DNA of 64,000 bases from contig CAXXRD010000005.1 in assembly GCA_963663895.2 (NCBI GenBank), positions 160,408 through 224,407 on the forward strand, in the 5' to 3' direction. Positions 28,137-38,065 of the stretch are shown here, piece after piece. Below the pieces are notes generated by a model, which worked only from the letters and a program-made list of their open reading frames with translations, had not been told where the DNA came from and ran no database searches. Position 1 is the first letter of the stretch. Each line of letters opens with the position of its first letter. Both the position numbers and the translations under genes were made by a program. This DNA comes from Dehalococcoidia bacterium. GTDB taxonomy: Bacteria > Chloroflexota > Dehalococcoidia > Bin125.

Positions 28137-28198
28137 GCAAGGGGCGATAACCAAGCGGCGCTGCGGCAGACCGGTGCTGGCGAGCCGCGATATCTCGA

Positions 28199-28204
28199 TA
28201 TAAT
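28199..28204 (+). promoter_or_regulatory. Candidate -10 box (perfect TATAAT) upstream of dnaX
   Basis: TATAAT at 28199-28204 lies in an otherwise GC-rich intergenic region, 39 nt before the dnaX GTG. No convincing -35 element. Confidence 0.3.
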
Positions 28205-28242
28205 GAGTCGCGCTTCCAGGTCGGCCGGACGAAGGGGTTGTC

Positions 28243-29880
28243 GTGACGGAAGCGGTGCTCTACCGCAAATGGCGCCCTCGGCGGTTCGCCGATCTAGTGG
28301 GCCAAGACCCCATCGTTCGCACGCTGCGCAACGCGGTGGCGCAGGGCAAACCGGCTCACGCTTATCTCTTCTCGGGCCCGCGTGGCACCGGTAAGACCAG
28401 TACAGGAAGGATCTTCGCGAAGGCCGTCAACTGCGCTCGTCCGGAAGACGGCGATCCTTGTGATCGTTGCGAAAGCTGCCGCCTCATTGATGAGGGGCGC
28501 GCGCTGGATCTCGTCGAGATCGACGCTGCCAGTAACCGTGGCATCGACAATATCCGCGACTTGCGCGAGCGCGCGAACTATGCGCCCGGCGCCGTCGCGG
28601 TGAAGGTGTACTTGATCGACGAGGTGCACCAGCTTACGGACGCCGCTGCGGACGCGTTGCTCAAGACGCTGGAAGAGCCGCCGCCGCACGTGCTATTCGT
28701 GCTGGCGACGACCGACCCGCAGAGTCTCAAGGCCACGATCGTGAGTCGCTGTCAGCGCTTCGACTTTCGGCGCGTCGGGGTGATGGAGATTCGCGGGCGC
28801 CTCCGCGAGATTGCTGAGGCGGAGGGCTACACGATTCCTGATGAGGCGCTGGACCTGATCGCACGTGAGGCGACCGGGTCACTGCGCGACGCCGTGAACC
28901 TGCTCGACCAGGCCGCCTCCTCCTACGGGAACCAGATCAGCGTGGAAAACACAGTGGCGGCGCTCGGCCTGAGCGCTGACTCCCGCGCGATGGAGGTGGC
29001 GCGGGCCGCCCTGCGCAAGGATCTCAACAAGGGAATCAGCGTGCTCGCGGCAGTGCAGGACGACGCCGTTGACATGGCTCGCTTCACCAAACAGGTCGTG
29101 ACGCATCTCCGGCAGGCCTTGCTTCTGCAAAGCGGTGCCGCGGCGGGACTCGCTCTCAGCGAACCCGAACTCGCCGCGCTGCGAGGGCTGGTTGATGGAG
29201 TGGAGCCTTCGACCACCGTGGCTGCGTTGCAAGCGTTTGGTAGTGCCGATGTGCAGAGTGACCCGTACACGTCGCTCCCGCTTGAGCTGGCGATGGCGGA
29301 CGTGGCGCTTGAGAGGCAGGCGCCGCTGGCCGTCGCCGGGCCCGCCGCCCCACCCGAACGCCGTACCCGGCCGTCTGGCGGCGCCGGTCGCGGGCGAGAC
29401 CAGCGGCGTGGCGAAGGAAAGCCGAAGCTTTCCTCCGCGCGTACGCCTGCCCCGCGAGCCGTGACGCCTCCGGCCAGGCGAGCCGCTGGGACGGTGCCGG
29501 CAACGGAGCCTCCTGCTCCCCCGTCGCCGCCTCGTCGTCGTGAACTGTCGCCGCAAGAGGAGATGCTGCGCGCGATCCGGCAGGGGGTCAAAGCGCGCGG
29601 AGACGGCGCGCTGGCTGCCTGGCTCAATTCCTCTTGTCGGATCACCGAGATGAGCGATGACACGCTCACGCTTGGTTTCTTCCCTAACTACGTGAAGATC
29701 CACAAGGGTAAGGTCGAAGAAGGCCGTGACGTGCTGGCCGCAGTGGCCAGCGAAATCGTTGGTCGGCCGATGGCGATCCGCTGCACTGTGGCCGACGACG
29801 CTGAGCAGACGAAGCATAGTGCGCTGGTCGAAGAGGCGGAGCGGCTGGGTGCGCGTGTGATAAGCAAGGCGGAAGGCTAA
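28243..29880 (+). CDS. dnaX: DNA polymerase III subunit gamma/tau
   Basis: Motifs YRKWRPRRFADLVGQD, GPRGTGKTS, a CxxC zinc module and VYLIDEVH. Confidence 0.92.
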   Translation: MTEAVLYRKWRPRRFADLVGQDPIVRTLRNAVAQGKPAHAYLFSGPRGTGKTSTGRIFAKAVNCARPEDGDPCDRCESCRLIDEGRALDLVEIDAASNRGIDNIRDLRERANYAPGAVAVKVYLIDEVHQLTDAAADALLKTLEEPPPHVLFVLATTDPQSLKATIVSRCQRFDFRRVGVMEIRGRLREIAEAEGYTIPDEALDLIAREATGSLRDAVNLLDQAASSYGNQISVENTVAALGLSADSRAMEVARAALRKDLNKGISVLAAVQDDAVDMARFTKQVVTHLRQALLLQSGAAAGLALSEPELAALRGLVDGVEPSTTVAALQAFGSADVQSDPYTSLPLELAMADVALERQAPLAVAGPAAPPERRTRPSGGAGRGRDQRRGEGKPKLSSARTPAPRAVTPPARRAAGTVPATEPPAPPSPPRRRELSPQEEMLRAIRQGVKARGDGALAAWLNSSCRITEMSDDTLTLGFFPNYVKIHKGKVEEGRDVLAAVASEIVGRPMAIRCTVADDAEQTKHSALVEEAERLGARVISKAEG

Positions 29881-29916
29881 AGAGCGGAGCGCGATTTGGC
29901 GAAATCTCGCGGTGGA

Positions 29917-30267
29917 ATGTTCCGGCAGCCCAAGCGCGGACCGAAGGGGGCGGGGGGCGGCATGTCTCCGGACGTGCTGCGTCGCGCGCAAGAGTTGCAA
30001 GCACAGATTGCCCAGGCGCAGGGAGAGCTGAAGGAGGCGACAGTCGAGGCGAGTGCGGGCGGGGGGGCGCTCACCGTCGAAATGACCGGCGCGCACAAAC
30101 TCAAGGCCGTGCGCGTCGATCCGGAGATCCTGGACCCTGATGATCCCGAGATGGTGCAGGATCTGATCATCGCGGCGGTGAATGATGCGGTCGATAAGCT
30201 TGCGGCGAAGCAAGCCGATCGCATGGCGGACTTCACGGACGGCCTCTCGCTGCCAGGGTTGACGTAG
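29917..30267 (+). CDS. ybaB: Nucleoid-associated protein YbaB/EbfC
   Basis: Canonical position in the dnaX-ybaB-recR order. Motifs LQAQIAQAQGELKEATVEASAGGGALTVEMTG and MVQDLIIAAVNDA. ATG 29917 (an in-frame TTG lies at 29896). Confidence 0.85.
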   Translation: MFRQPKRGPKGAGGGMSPDVLRRAQELQAQIAQAQGELKEATVEASAGGGALTVEMTGAHKLKAVRVDPEILDPDDPEMVQDLIIAAVNDAVDKLAAKQADRMADFTDGLSLPGLT

Positions 30268-30270
30268 GCA

Positions 30271-30921
30271 GTGAACGGCAGGCCGCTGGTCACGGCGCCG
30301 CCGGTGGCGCGCCTGATCGAAGCGTTCCACCGGCTGCCTGGCATTGGGCCGAAGAGCGCCCAGCGGTTGGCGTATCACGTCCTGCGCGCTCCGCGGGCGG
30401 AGGCGGAAGCTCTGGCGGCTGCGCTGGTCGATGTGAAGGATCGGGTCCGCCTTTGCAGTCGCTGCCAGAACGTAACGGAGCAGGACCCCTGCGATCTCTG
30501 CTCCGACGGGGCGCGGGACCAGGGACTGATCTGTGTGGTCGAGGAGCCGCTGGACACTCTGGCGGTGGAGCGAGCGGGAGTCTACGCGGGCCTCTACCAC
30601 GTGTTGCACGGCGCTCTTAGTCCGATGGACGGAGTGGGCCCCGAGAAGATCAAGATCCGGGAGCTCGTCGAGCGGGTGAGCCGTGGGGGCGTGCGGGAAG
30701 TGATCTTGGCGACAAACGCCACGATGGAGGGCGACGCGACGGCAAGCTATCTCGTGCGCTTGCTCCAGCCGTCCGGGGTGGCGGTTACGCGTATCGCGCG
30801 CGGACTGCCCGTCGGCGCAGACGTGGAGTATGCGGACGAGATCACGCTGGGCCGAGCGCTGCGGCAGCGGGTGCCGGTTGAGACGGAGGAGGGGACCGCC
30901 GTCGAAGGCGGGGAGCGGTAG
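30271..30921 (+). CDS. recR: Recombination protein RecR
   Basis: Motifs LPGIGPKSAQRLAYH, CSRCQNVTEQDPCDLC and a Toprim region. Confidence 0.92.
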   Translation: MNGRPLVTAPPVARLIEAFHRLPGIGPKSAQRLAYHVLRAPRAEAEALAAALVDVKDRVRLCSRCQNVTEQDPCDLCSDGARDQGLICVVEEPLDTLAVERAGVYAGLYHVLHGALSPMDGVGPEKIKIRELVERVSRGGVREVILATNATMEGDATASYLVRLLQPSGVAVTRIARGLPVGADVEYADEITLGRALRQRVPVETEEGTAVEGGER

Positions 30922-30923
30922 CG

Positions 30924-31709
30924 GTGGCGCTTCGCATCTACCGAACCGAAGCCGTCGTCCTCCGTCAGCGGCGCCTGGGCGATGCCGGTAAGATCTGCGT
31001 GCTGTTTACGCCCAACCTCGGGCGTATTGAGGCGGTCGCGAAGGGTGTACGCCGTCCCCGGAGCAAGCTAGCCGGGCATCTGGAGCCATTGACGCGAGTA
31101 TCTCTGCTGCTGGCGAAGGGGCGATCGCTCGATACCATCACGCAAGCGCAGGCGTTGGATAGCTTCGCGCCGCTGCGCGAAGAGATCGAGCGTCTCAGCC
31201 GGGCGTTGTACGTAGCGGAACTCGTCGATCGCATGACGGACGCGGCTCCCGATGTCGGCGGGCTCTACCGCTTGCTGATCGATACCATCGAGCGTCTCGG
31301 CGCGACCGAGGCGCTGGACCTCGCGGTACGCTGGTTTGAGATGCGGCTGCTGATGGAGCAGGGCTACCAGCCCAATCTGGAGCGATGCGTCCGCTGCAAT
31401 GCCGAACTGGCGCTCGAGGGCAACGGCTTCGCCGCACTCGCGGGCGGCGTGGTCTGTCCGGGTTGCCGCGAAGCGCCCGGGAGCCGGCCATTGTCCGGGG
31501 CCGCGTTCAAGCTGTTACGCTACATGCAACGCAGACCGTTCGCTGAAGTGGCTCGCGTTCGCGTCGATGCGGTGTTGGGTCGAGAGCTGGAGATGCACCT
31601 TCGGCAGGCCGTTCAGGCGGCGCTGGACCAAGAGGTGAAGGCCGGAGAGTTCGTCGATGCTGTGCGTGCGACCAGCCCGGTTGCAGCCCAACGGAGCGGA
31701 AGGCGTTAG
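30924..31709 (+). CDS. recO: DNA repair protein RecO
   Basis: OB-fold N-terminus (EAVVLRQRRLGDAGKICVLFT) and a CxxC...CxxC zinc motif (CVRCNA...CPGC). Confidence 0.85.
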   Translation: MALRIYRTEAVVLRQRRLGDAGKICVLFTPNLGRIEAVAKGVRRPRSKLAGHLEPLTRVSLLLAKGRSLDTITQAQALDSFAPLREEIERLSRALYVAELVDRMTDAAPDVGGLYRLLIDTIERLGATEALDLAVRWFEMRLLMEQGYQPNLERCVRCNAELALEGNGFAALAGGVVCPGCREAPGSRPLSGAAFKLLRYMQRRPFAEVARVRVDAVLGRELEMHLRQAVQAALDQEVKAGEFVDAVRATSPVAAQRSGRR

Positions 31710-31711
31710 CG

Positions 31712-32152
31712 ATGCCGGTGTATGAGTATTACTGCGAGCCCTGCGACGGCATCTTCGAGCTGGTTCGAACGATGCGCGAAGCCGATGAGCCGGGTTCGTG
31801 TCCGCTCTGCGACGAGGATGCCCAGCGTGTCATGCCGTCAACCTTCAATGCCTTCATCGTGCGCGGCGGTTTTCCCCGCAAGATCCCTGACAAAGGCACT
31901 TACTGGCATATGGGTAAAGAGGTGTCACAGCTATCGCGCGGCGGTAATCCCTATACCCATGCGGAGCTCGAGGCGAAAAAGGGGAAGCAGACGCCGCCGG
32001 TGTCCAAGCAGGATTTTGTCGATGCGGTGGATAAGCGCCGAGAGGAACGCCGCGCGAAGCGCGAAAGACGTCGCGCTGAACTTGAGAATAAATGGCACTG
32101 GAAGGATAAGCGCGGCGAGTTGGTGAAGAGGAAAGGCTTTCGCAAGAGCTAG
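31712..32152 (+). CDS. FmdB-family zinc-ribbon protein with a K/R/E-rich tail
   Basis: MPVYEYYCEPCDGIFE...CPLCD (CxxC_CxxC_SSSS pattern). Confidence 0.75.
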   Translation: MPVYEYYCEPCDGIFELVRTMREADEPGSCPLCDEDAQRVMPSTFNAFIVRGGFPRKIPDKGTYWHMGKEVSQLSRGGNPYTHAELEAKKGKQTPPVSKQDFVDAVDKRREERRAKRERRRAELENKWHWKDKRGELVKRKGFRKS

Positions 32153-32174
32153 CGCTCAGGCGCTGCGCCTCTCT

Positions 32175-33155
32175 CTAGAAGCTCCGGCCGGTAATGAACG
32201 CGGCGATATCCTCCAGCGCTCGCCGGTGAGATCCGTTTGGCAAGGGCTCCAGTGCGCGCAAGGCCGTATCGCGCCACTCCAGCGCAATGGCGTTTGAGCA
32301 GCCGAGGATGTCAGCGTCCGCGATCGCCTGCAGCACTGCTTGGAGCTGCTGGGCGCGAGCATCAGGATCTTCCGTGACGAACAGCCGTCGCACCGGATTG
32401 TCTTTCGGGTTCGCTTCCATCAGTAAGATCGCGGGCAGTGTGAGCGTGCCGGCTAGCAAGTCCCCTCCGACAGGCTTGCCCAGCGTCTCGGCGTCGCTGG
32501 TGAAGTCGAGGATGTCATCCACGATTTGGAAGGCCATGCCCACGGAGTGACCGTACGAGCGCAGCGCGCAGACGACTCTTTCGTCGGCGTGAGCCAGCAT
32601 CGCACCCCCGGTGCCGGCCGTGGCGAAGAGGGAAGCGGTTTTACCGTCGATACGCTCGTAGTAGTCGCGCAAGTTCCCGGCTGCCATGTCGTAAGCGCTG
32701 ATATCTTGGCTCAGCTCGCCTTTGGCCATGACCATGAGGGTCTCGGCGAAGAGCCGGACGACCCGGATATCGTCGGTGCGCGCGACGAGCTCCGCAGCGT
32801 GCGCGAACATGTAGTCGCCCAGCATGACGCTGGCGGCGTTGTCATAGTTGGAATTAGCGGTCGGGCGACCGCGCCGCGTGTCGGCGGTGTCGATCACGTC
32901 GTCGTGGACGAGCGTCGCCGTGTGCAACAGCTCGATCGAAGCGGCCAGCGGCACCTGTCGGTCGCTGTCGTACGTTCCAAACCCCCCGGCTAGGAGCGCA
33001 ATCGCCGGGCGCAAGCGCTTACCGCCCCGGTGGAGGACGTGCTGAAGCATCTCCGTGAGGGGCGCGTAATCAGCGGTCGCTACCGAAGTGAGCGTCTCTT
33101 CGACGCGGGCGAGATCTTCGGCGACCGGTCCGTAAAGCGCCGTCACGCTTGTCAT
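32175..33155 (-). CDS. Polyprenyl diphosphate synthase (trans-IPPS, chain length not determinable)
   Basis: FARM LVHDDVIDTADTRRG and SARM FQIVDDILD. Start trimmed to ATG 33155, which overlaps the tatD stop. Confidence 0.88.
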   Translation of the reverse strand: MTSVTALYGPVAEDLARVEETLTSVATADYAPLTEMLQHVLHRGGKRLRPAIALLAGGFGTYDSDRQVPLAASIELLHTATLVHDDVIDTADTRRGRPTANSNYDNAASVMLGDYMFAHAAELVARTDDIRVVRLFAETLMVMAKGELSQDISAYDMAAGNLRDYYERIDGKTASLFATAGTGGAMLAHADERVVCALRSYGHSVGMAFQIVDDILDFTSDAETLGKPVGGDLLAGTLTLPAILLMEANPKDNPVRRLFVTEDPDARAQQLQAVLQAIADADILGCSNAIALEWRDTALRALEPLPNGSHRRALEDIAAFITGRSF

Positions 33156-33967
33156 GCAGGGATTCCGCAGGTGGAGGATGCAACGGGCAGGCGGAAGAGC
33201 CGTCTTGCATTTTCGCCGCAAATGGTGAGCAATTCGTCGCCGTCGGTTCCGCGCAGCTTCGCGATGTAACGAGCCGTTTCGAAGATGCGCTCGGGCTCAT
33301 TGCGTTGCCCACGCCAGCGCTGGGGTGGGAGATAGGGCGCGTCGGTCTCGACGACCAAAGACTCCAGCGGGATGACTGTCGCTACCGAGCGGGTACGGTC
33401 GCTTTTGGGGTAGGTGACGGGCCCGGCGATCGAGATGAGGAACCCCAGCTGGATGTAGCGCATGGCGAGGGCGGTATCGCCGGCGAAGCAATGCAGCACG
33501 CCCAGCGGGTAGCCGCAAGTGGCGCTGGGCGCCCATTCTGCCAGGATGGACGCGGCGGGCTCGTCCGCTGCGCGTACGTGCACCACCACGGGCAAGTGCA
33601 GCTCGTTCGCGGTTTCCAGCTGCTCGTGGAAGGCGCGCTGCTGGGCGCTCTGTGGTGAGAGGAGACGAAAGTAGTCCAGCCCTATCTCACCGATCGCCAC
33701 GACTGCGTCGCGTCGGGCTAGGGCGACGAGTCGCTCGCGCAGGTGCGTGTCCCAGTCCTTGGCATCGTGAGGGTGCAGGCCGACCGTGGCGAAGACGTCG
33801 GATTCGGCTTCCGCCAGCGCAACGGCGGCTTCGCACTCGACTCGGTCCGTGCCGACGGTCACGATCGCTGCAAGGCCGGCCGCACGGGCGCGGGCGAGTA
33901 CGGAGGCCCGGTCCGAATCGAAAGCGCGATCGTGGAGATGGGCGTGTGTGTCGATGAGGCCGCTCAT
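33152..33967 (-). CDS. tatD: TatD-family metal-dependent hydrolase/DNase
   Basis: Motifs LIDTHAHL, HVRAA and ETDAPYL. Confidence 0.88.
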   Translation of the reverse strand: MSGLIDTHAHLHDRAFDSDRASVLARARAAGLAAIVTVGTDRVECEAAVALAEAESDVFATVGLHPHDAKDWDTHLRERLVALARRDAVVAIGEIGLDYFRLLSPQSAQQRAFHEQLETANELHLPVVVHVRAADEPAASILAEWAPSATCGYPLGVLHCFAGDTALAMRYIQLGFLISIAGPVTYPKSDRTRSVATVIPLESLVVETDAPYLPPQRWRGQRNEPERIFETARYIAKLRGTDGDELLTICGENARRLFRLPVASSTCGIPA

Positions 33968-35631
33968 GCGCCGAGCCGTGCTTCCTCTTTCTCGATGATG
34001 CTCGGATCGAGCTTGCGGAACAGCGGCTGAGGGTCGCCCAGCTTGGTTCCTGGCTCGAGCGCGGCGAGACGCCAGCCAGCCTCCTCTACGGTACCTTGCG
34101 CGCCAAGGTATCCGTGCAGCACTGTGCAGGTGAACGGCAGATAGGGATACAGCGCGGTGCGCAGCCCTGCGATGACGTTGAGCGTCGTGTACAGCGACCG
34201 GGCGGCCGCCTGCCGGTTCGAAGCGATGGTGCGCCAGGGCGCCGTAGAGTCGAGGTAGCGGTTCGCCTCTTGCGCCAGTCCGAAAGCGGTTTGCAGGCCC
34301 TGTCGGAGATGCACCGCGTGGAGTGACGCATCGACGCTGTCCAGCGCCGACTGCGTGGCGTCCAGCAGCCGTCGTGCCTCTTCATCAAGGGGGCCCGGGT
34401 CTGGCACCTTCCCGTCGAAGTGGCGGGCGGTGAAGGTCAAGACACGGTTGACGAGGTTGCCCCAGGTGCCGACCAGCTCGTCGTTATTGCGCCGTAAGAA
34501 CTCCGACCAACTGAAGTCGCTATCGCTGGTCTCCGGCATCTGTGCGGCGAGCGCGTAGCGGAGCGGATCGGGGTCATGGCGTGATAGGTAATCGAGAACC
34601 CAGACGGCCCAGTTTTGACTTGTGCTGGCCTTGCTCCCCGACATGGTGATGTATTGGTTGGCGGGTACGTCGTAGGGGAGGGCCAGTCCGCCGACGCCCA
34701 TCAACATGGCCGGCCAGACGATCGTGTGGAATGGGACGTTGTCCTTGCCGATAAAGTAGTACGACTTCGCATCAGGGTTCTGCCAGAAGTCGCGCCAGGC
34801 ATCCGGATCGCCCGTGCGCTGGGCCCACTCTTTGACGGCGGAGAGGTAGCCGATTACCGCCTCGAACCAGACGTAGATCCGTTTCTGGGTGAAACCATCA
34901 ACTGGGACGGGCACGCCCCAGCCGATGTCGCGGGTAATGGGGCGGTCGTGGAGCCCTTCGCGGAGCATGCCGAGGCTGAAATTCAGCACATGCTTTCGCC
35001 AGTGGTCTTTGTCGTGGCCGAGCCACTCTTCAAGTTGGTCGTTCAGCGCCGAGAGCTTGAGGAAGTAATGCTCGCTTTCGCGCAGCACTGGGGTAGTGCC
35101 GCTGATCTTGCTCCGCGGAGCGATCAAATCCGCCGCGTTGAGCTGGCGGCCACAGTCATCGCATTGATCACCCCGTGCCTTGTCGTAGTCGCAGTGCGGG
35201 CAGGTGCCCTCAACGTAGCGATCCGGAAGGAAGCGTTGCGCTTCGGCGTCGAAGTGGAGCGTCTGCGTTGCCGTGTAGAGGTAGCCCGCGTTGAGCAGGC
35301 TGCGGAAAATGTCCTGCGAGACGGTTGCATGGTTGGCGGTGGCGGTGGATGTGAAGAGATCGAATGAGATCCCGATCCGTTGCCAGGTTTCCAGGAAGCC
35401 GGCGTGGTATTCCTCTACTACCTCGCCCGGCGTCCGGTCCTCGTTCTCGGCGCGGACAGTGACGGGCGTACCGTGCGCATCTGAGCCGGAAACCATGAGA
35501 ACGCGATTCCCCTTGGTGCGGTGGTAGCGGGCAAAGATGTCGGCGGGGAGGTAGGCGCCGCCGAGCTGTCCGTGATGAATCGGCCCGTTGGCGTAGGGCC
35601 AGGCGACCGCGACCAGGATCGTCTCACTCAC
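33964..35631 (-). CDS. metG: Methionine--tRNA ligase
   Basis: Motifs WPYANGPIHHGQL, a CPHC...CDDC knuckle and a KMSKS-like MSGSKAS. GTG 35631 chosen; the 684-aa track ORF has a non-protein-like extension. Confidence 0.9.
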   Translation of the reverse strand: MSETILVAVAWPYANGPIHHGQLGGAYLPADIFARYHRTKGNRVLMVSGSDAHGTPVTVRAENEDRTPGEVVEEYHAGFLETWQRIGISFDLFTSTATANHATVSQDIFRSLLNAGYLYTATQTLHFDAEAQRFLPDRYVEGTCPHCDYDKARGDQCDDCGRQLNAADLIAPRSKISGTTPVLRESEHYFLKLSALNDQLEEWLGHDKDHWRKHVLNFSLGMLREGLHDRPITRDIGWGVPVPVDGFTQKRIYVWFEAVIGYLSAVKEWAQRTGDPDAWRDFWQNPDAKSYYFIGKDNVPFHTIVWPAMLMGVGGLALPYDVPANQYITMSGSKASTSQNWAVWVLDYLSRHDPDPLRYALAAQMPETSDSDFSWSEFLRRNNDELVGTWGNLVNRVLTFTARHFDGKVPDPGPLDEEARRLLDATQSALDSVDASLHAVHLRQGLQTAFGLAQEANRYLDSTAPWRTIASNRQAAARSLYTTLNVIAGLRTALYPYLPFTCTVLHGYLGAQGTVEEAGWRLAALEPGTKLGDPQPLFRKLDPSIIEKEEARLGA

Positions 35632-35785
35632 ACCGGGCTCACTTCGGTGACGGATAGGTCGCTCACGAACGAGAGATCCTGCGCAACGCTGGCTGCCGAG
35701 CGCGCGGAAGGCGCGCTGAGCGTGACGATCGCTTGTCGTTGATGGTACCAAGCACACCGCGGCGTGTCTGAGCTGGTGCGCCCGG

Positions 35786-36607
35786 CTAGTGCTGCTCTGT
35801 AGCCCACAGAGCGTAGACCGCTTGGCGCGGCCTACCCGCGGCGGCGGCGACGGCCGCCGCCGCCTTGGAACGGCTGACGCCGTTATCGCGCTGGGCGAGG
35901 AGGGCGGCGCGGACTTCGTCATCGGACCAGGCGCGGGGCTGGTCGCTGGGGACGAGCAAGAGCGTGAATTCCCCTCGGGGACTGCTGAAGTGCGCGAGCG
36001 CCTCCTCTGGCGTGCCACGCCAGATCTCTTCGTGGAGCTTGGTTAACTCCCGCCCGACGACCAGTTGAGCCGTGGGCAGGAGATCCGTGATCTCCGCGAG
36101 GGTCTGTCGTAGGCGATGCGGTGACTCGAAAGCGATCACGGGGTCGGTCCCCTTCGCTAGCGTGGTGAGCAGGCGCCGCCGTTCGGCCGTGCGTTTGGGC
36201 AGGAAGCCGATAATCGTGACAGTCCGGGTGCGCGTCCCCGCCACCGAGAGCAACGCCGTTGCGGCGGATGGCCCTGGAATGGGGGTGACGGCCGCCCCCG
36301 CCTCGACTGCGGCGGCGACGAGATCCTGGCCGGGATCCGAGAGGCCGGGCGTTCCTGCGTCGCAGATCAGTGCGACGCTGTCACCCGCTCGGAGCGCGTT
36401 CAGGAGACGCTGGGTGGTACGGCGCTTATTACGATCGTTGTAGGAAAGGCAACGAGCCTCAATGGCAAGATGACGTAAGAGCTTCTTGGCTGTCTGAACA
36501 CGCTCTGCCGCAACGATCTCAGCCTCGGCGAGAACGCGCGCCGCTCGGGCCGATAGGTCCTCAAGGTTGCCGATTGGCGTCGCAACGACGTAAAGCGTGC
36601 CCGGCAC
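35786..36607 (-). CDS. rsmI: 16S rRNA (cytidine1402-2-O)-methyltransferase RsmI
   Basis: GTLYVVATPIGNLEDLSARA. Start GTG 36607 is preferred (274 aa); the ORF is open to 36730. Confidence 0.85.
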   Translation of the reverse strand: MPGTLYVVATPIGNLEDLSARAARVLAEAEIVAAERVQTAKKLLRHLAIEARCLSYNDRNKRRTTQRLLNALRAGDSVALICDAGTPGLSDPGQDLVAAAVEAGAAVTPIPGPSAATALLSVAGTRTRTVTIIGFLPKRTAERRRLLTTLAKGTDPVIAFESPHRLRQTLAEITDLLPTAQLVVGRELTKLHEEIWRGTPEEALAHFSSPRGEFTLLLVPSDQPRAWSDDEVRAALLAQRDNGVSRSKAAAAVAAAAGRPRQAVYALWATEQH

Positions 36608-36898
36608 GCGGGAAAGTATAGAGCCGCCCCGCCGCAAACGTGGCGCAGCGTTCGGCCACGTGCGCGCTGTGATAAGCGCGATAAGCTGGGCTTTGCTCGG
36701 CTCCGGCGACGGCGCGTATACTTCGCGCACTTACTCAGTGCGCTTGAAGAGGACTGAGTGATACAGCAGCGGAGGGTGGATCGCTTGCCTGGGCCTGCTG
36801 CCCCGACCCCAGAGACTGGAAATGCCGCGCGGCCGAATGCCGCGCGGTTTGCGTATGGGGCACTGGACAGCAGTGCTCCCTACGAGGAAAGGGAAGCC

Positions 36899-38035
36899 AT
36901 GTCGATTCCGTACTTGAAAGACCTGCGTCAAGCGTACGGTTTCGATGACGTGGCGATCGTCCCCGGCACGACCACTCTTAATCCGGATATGACCGATGTT
37001 CAGCTGGCCGTGGGCGAACTCCGGTTCGAGTTGCCGATTCTCGCGGCTGCGATGGACGCCGTCGTCGATCCCCAGGTGGCGATCGCCTATGGCCGTATGG
37101 GCGGGCTGGCCGTGCTCAACTTGGAGGGCTTGCAGTGCCGGTTCGATGAGCCGTGCGAGATTTTGCAACGGGTCGCGGCGGCCGACAAGACCGGGGCGAC
37201 CGCGATCTTGCAGGAAGCGTACCGTGCGCCTGTCCGCGATGACTTGGTCGCTCAACGGATCCAAGAGATCCGGGCAGGCGGTGTGCCCGCTGCGGTTGCT
37301 GCCACGCCGGCGAAAACCAAGCATTTGGCGTCGGTTGCCGAGGAAGCAGGCGCGGATCTCTTCGTCGTACAGTCCACGGTGACAACGGCGCGGCACATTT
37401 CACACTCGCTCCGTGGGCTGATCCTGAACGAGCTCGTGGATCAGGTTTCGATGCCAGTGATCGTTGGCAATACCGTCAGTTATCAGGGTGCCCTGGAGTT
37501 GTTTCGTGAGGGCATCGCGGGATTGCTTGTCGGAGTGGGGCCCGGCGCTGCCTGCACCAGCCGTGAAGTGTTGGGCGTGGGGGTGCCGCAAGTCACGGCG
37601 ACCATTGATTGCGCTGCCGCCCGCGACAAGTACTACGCTGATAGCGGCCGCTACGTGCCGATCATTACCGATGGAGGCATCCGCACGGGCGGCGACATGT
37701 GCAAGGCTTTCGTGGCCGGAGCGGACGCGGTCATGCTGGGATCGCCCTTCGCAGGGACGGCAGAGGCGCCGGGTGGTGGCTTCCATTGGGGCATGGCGAC
37801 GGCCCACGCGGACCTGCCGCGCGGCGTGCGGGTGGAGGTTGGCCAGCGCACGACGCTGCAGCGGCTGCTGTTCGGTCCGACAAGCAGGACGAACGGCAGC
37901 GAGAATCTCGCCGGCGCCCTCCGCACCTGCATGGCGATGGTGGGCGCACGCAACATCCGTGAGATGCACCGAGCCGAGATGGTGATCGCTCCCGCAATCA
38001 AAACCGAAGGCAAGCTCTACCAGCTTTCGCAATAG
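36899..38035 (+). CDS. IMP dehydrogenase-family protein lacking a CBS pair (GuaB3-like)
   Basis: Motifs YGFDDVAIVPG, GVGPGAACTSREVLGVG and DGGIRTGGD. At ~378 aa it is too short to hold a CBS insert. Confidence 0.8.
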   Translation: MSIPYLKDLRQAYGFDDVAIVPGTTTLNPDMTDVQLAVGELRFELPILAAAMDAVVDPQVAIAYGRMGGLAVLNLEGLQCRFDEPCEILQRVAAADKTGATAILQEAYRAPVRDDLVAQRIQEIRAGGVPAAVAATPAKTKHLASVAEEAGADLFVVQSTVTTARHISHSLRGLILNELVDQVSMPVIVGNTVSYQGALELFREGIAGLLVGVGPGAACTSREVLGVGVPQVTATIDCAAARDKYYADSGRYVPIITDGGIRTGGDMCKAFVAGADAVMLGSPFAGTAEAPGGGFHWGMATAHADLPRGVRVEVGQRTTLQRLLFGPTSRTNGSENLAGALRTCMAMVGARNIREMHRAEMVIAPAIKTEGKLYQLSQ

Positions 38036-38065
38036 CTCGCGTCGGGCAGCAGTGGTTTAGGGCTG

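Noticed and set aside
28137-28242. Possible SRP (4.5S) RNA upstream of dnaX, a common position. The region contains CCAGGTCGGCCGGACGAAGG, reminiscent of the domain IV CAGGUCCGGAAGGAAGCAGC motif.
   Set aside because: The similar stretch sits at the very 3-prime end of the intergenic region. A matching 3-prime arm would have to lie inside the conserved dnaX start (MTEAVLYRKWRP), and I could not draw the required long hairpin or find a GGAA tetraloop. A covariance-model scan would settle it.
28879-30609. 576-aa minus-strand ORF spanning dnaX-ybaB-recR
   Set aside because: It crosses three well-supported plus-strand genes and its translation is extremely Arg-rich, so it is a shadow ORF.
35699-35717. 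GC-rich hairpin AGCGCGC-GGAAG-GCGCGCT between rsmI and metG, considered as a terminator or attenuator
   Set aside because: It has a 7-bp stem but no U-tract on the relevant (minus) strand, and there is no supporting context. It cannot be distinguished from chance structure in 70% GC DNA.
35632-36018. N-terminal 129-codon extension of the metG ORF. Similar extensions occur at prmC (38936-39628), prfA (40003-40155), MaoC (12205-12498), gpsA (8039-8617), cdaR (4944-5258) and GT2 (59731-60084).
   Set aside because: The extensions overlap neighbouring genes or read as R/P/S-rich non-protein sequence. Internal starts restore normal family lengths and canonical N-termini.
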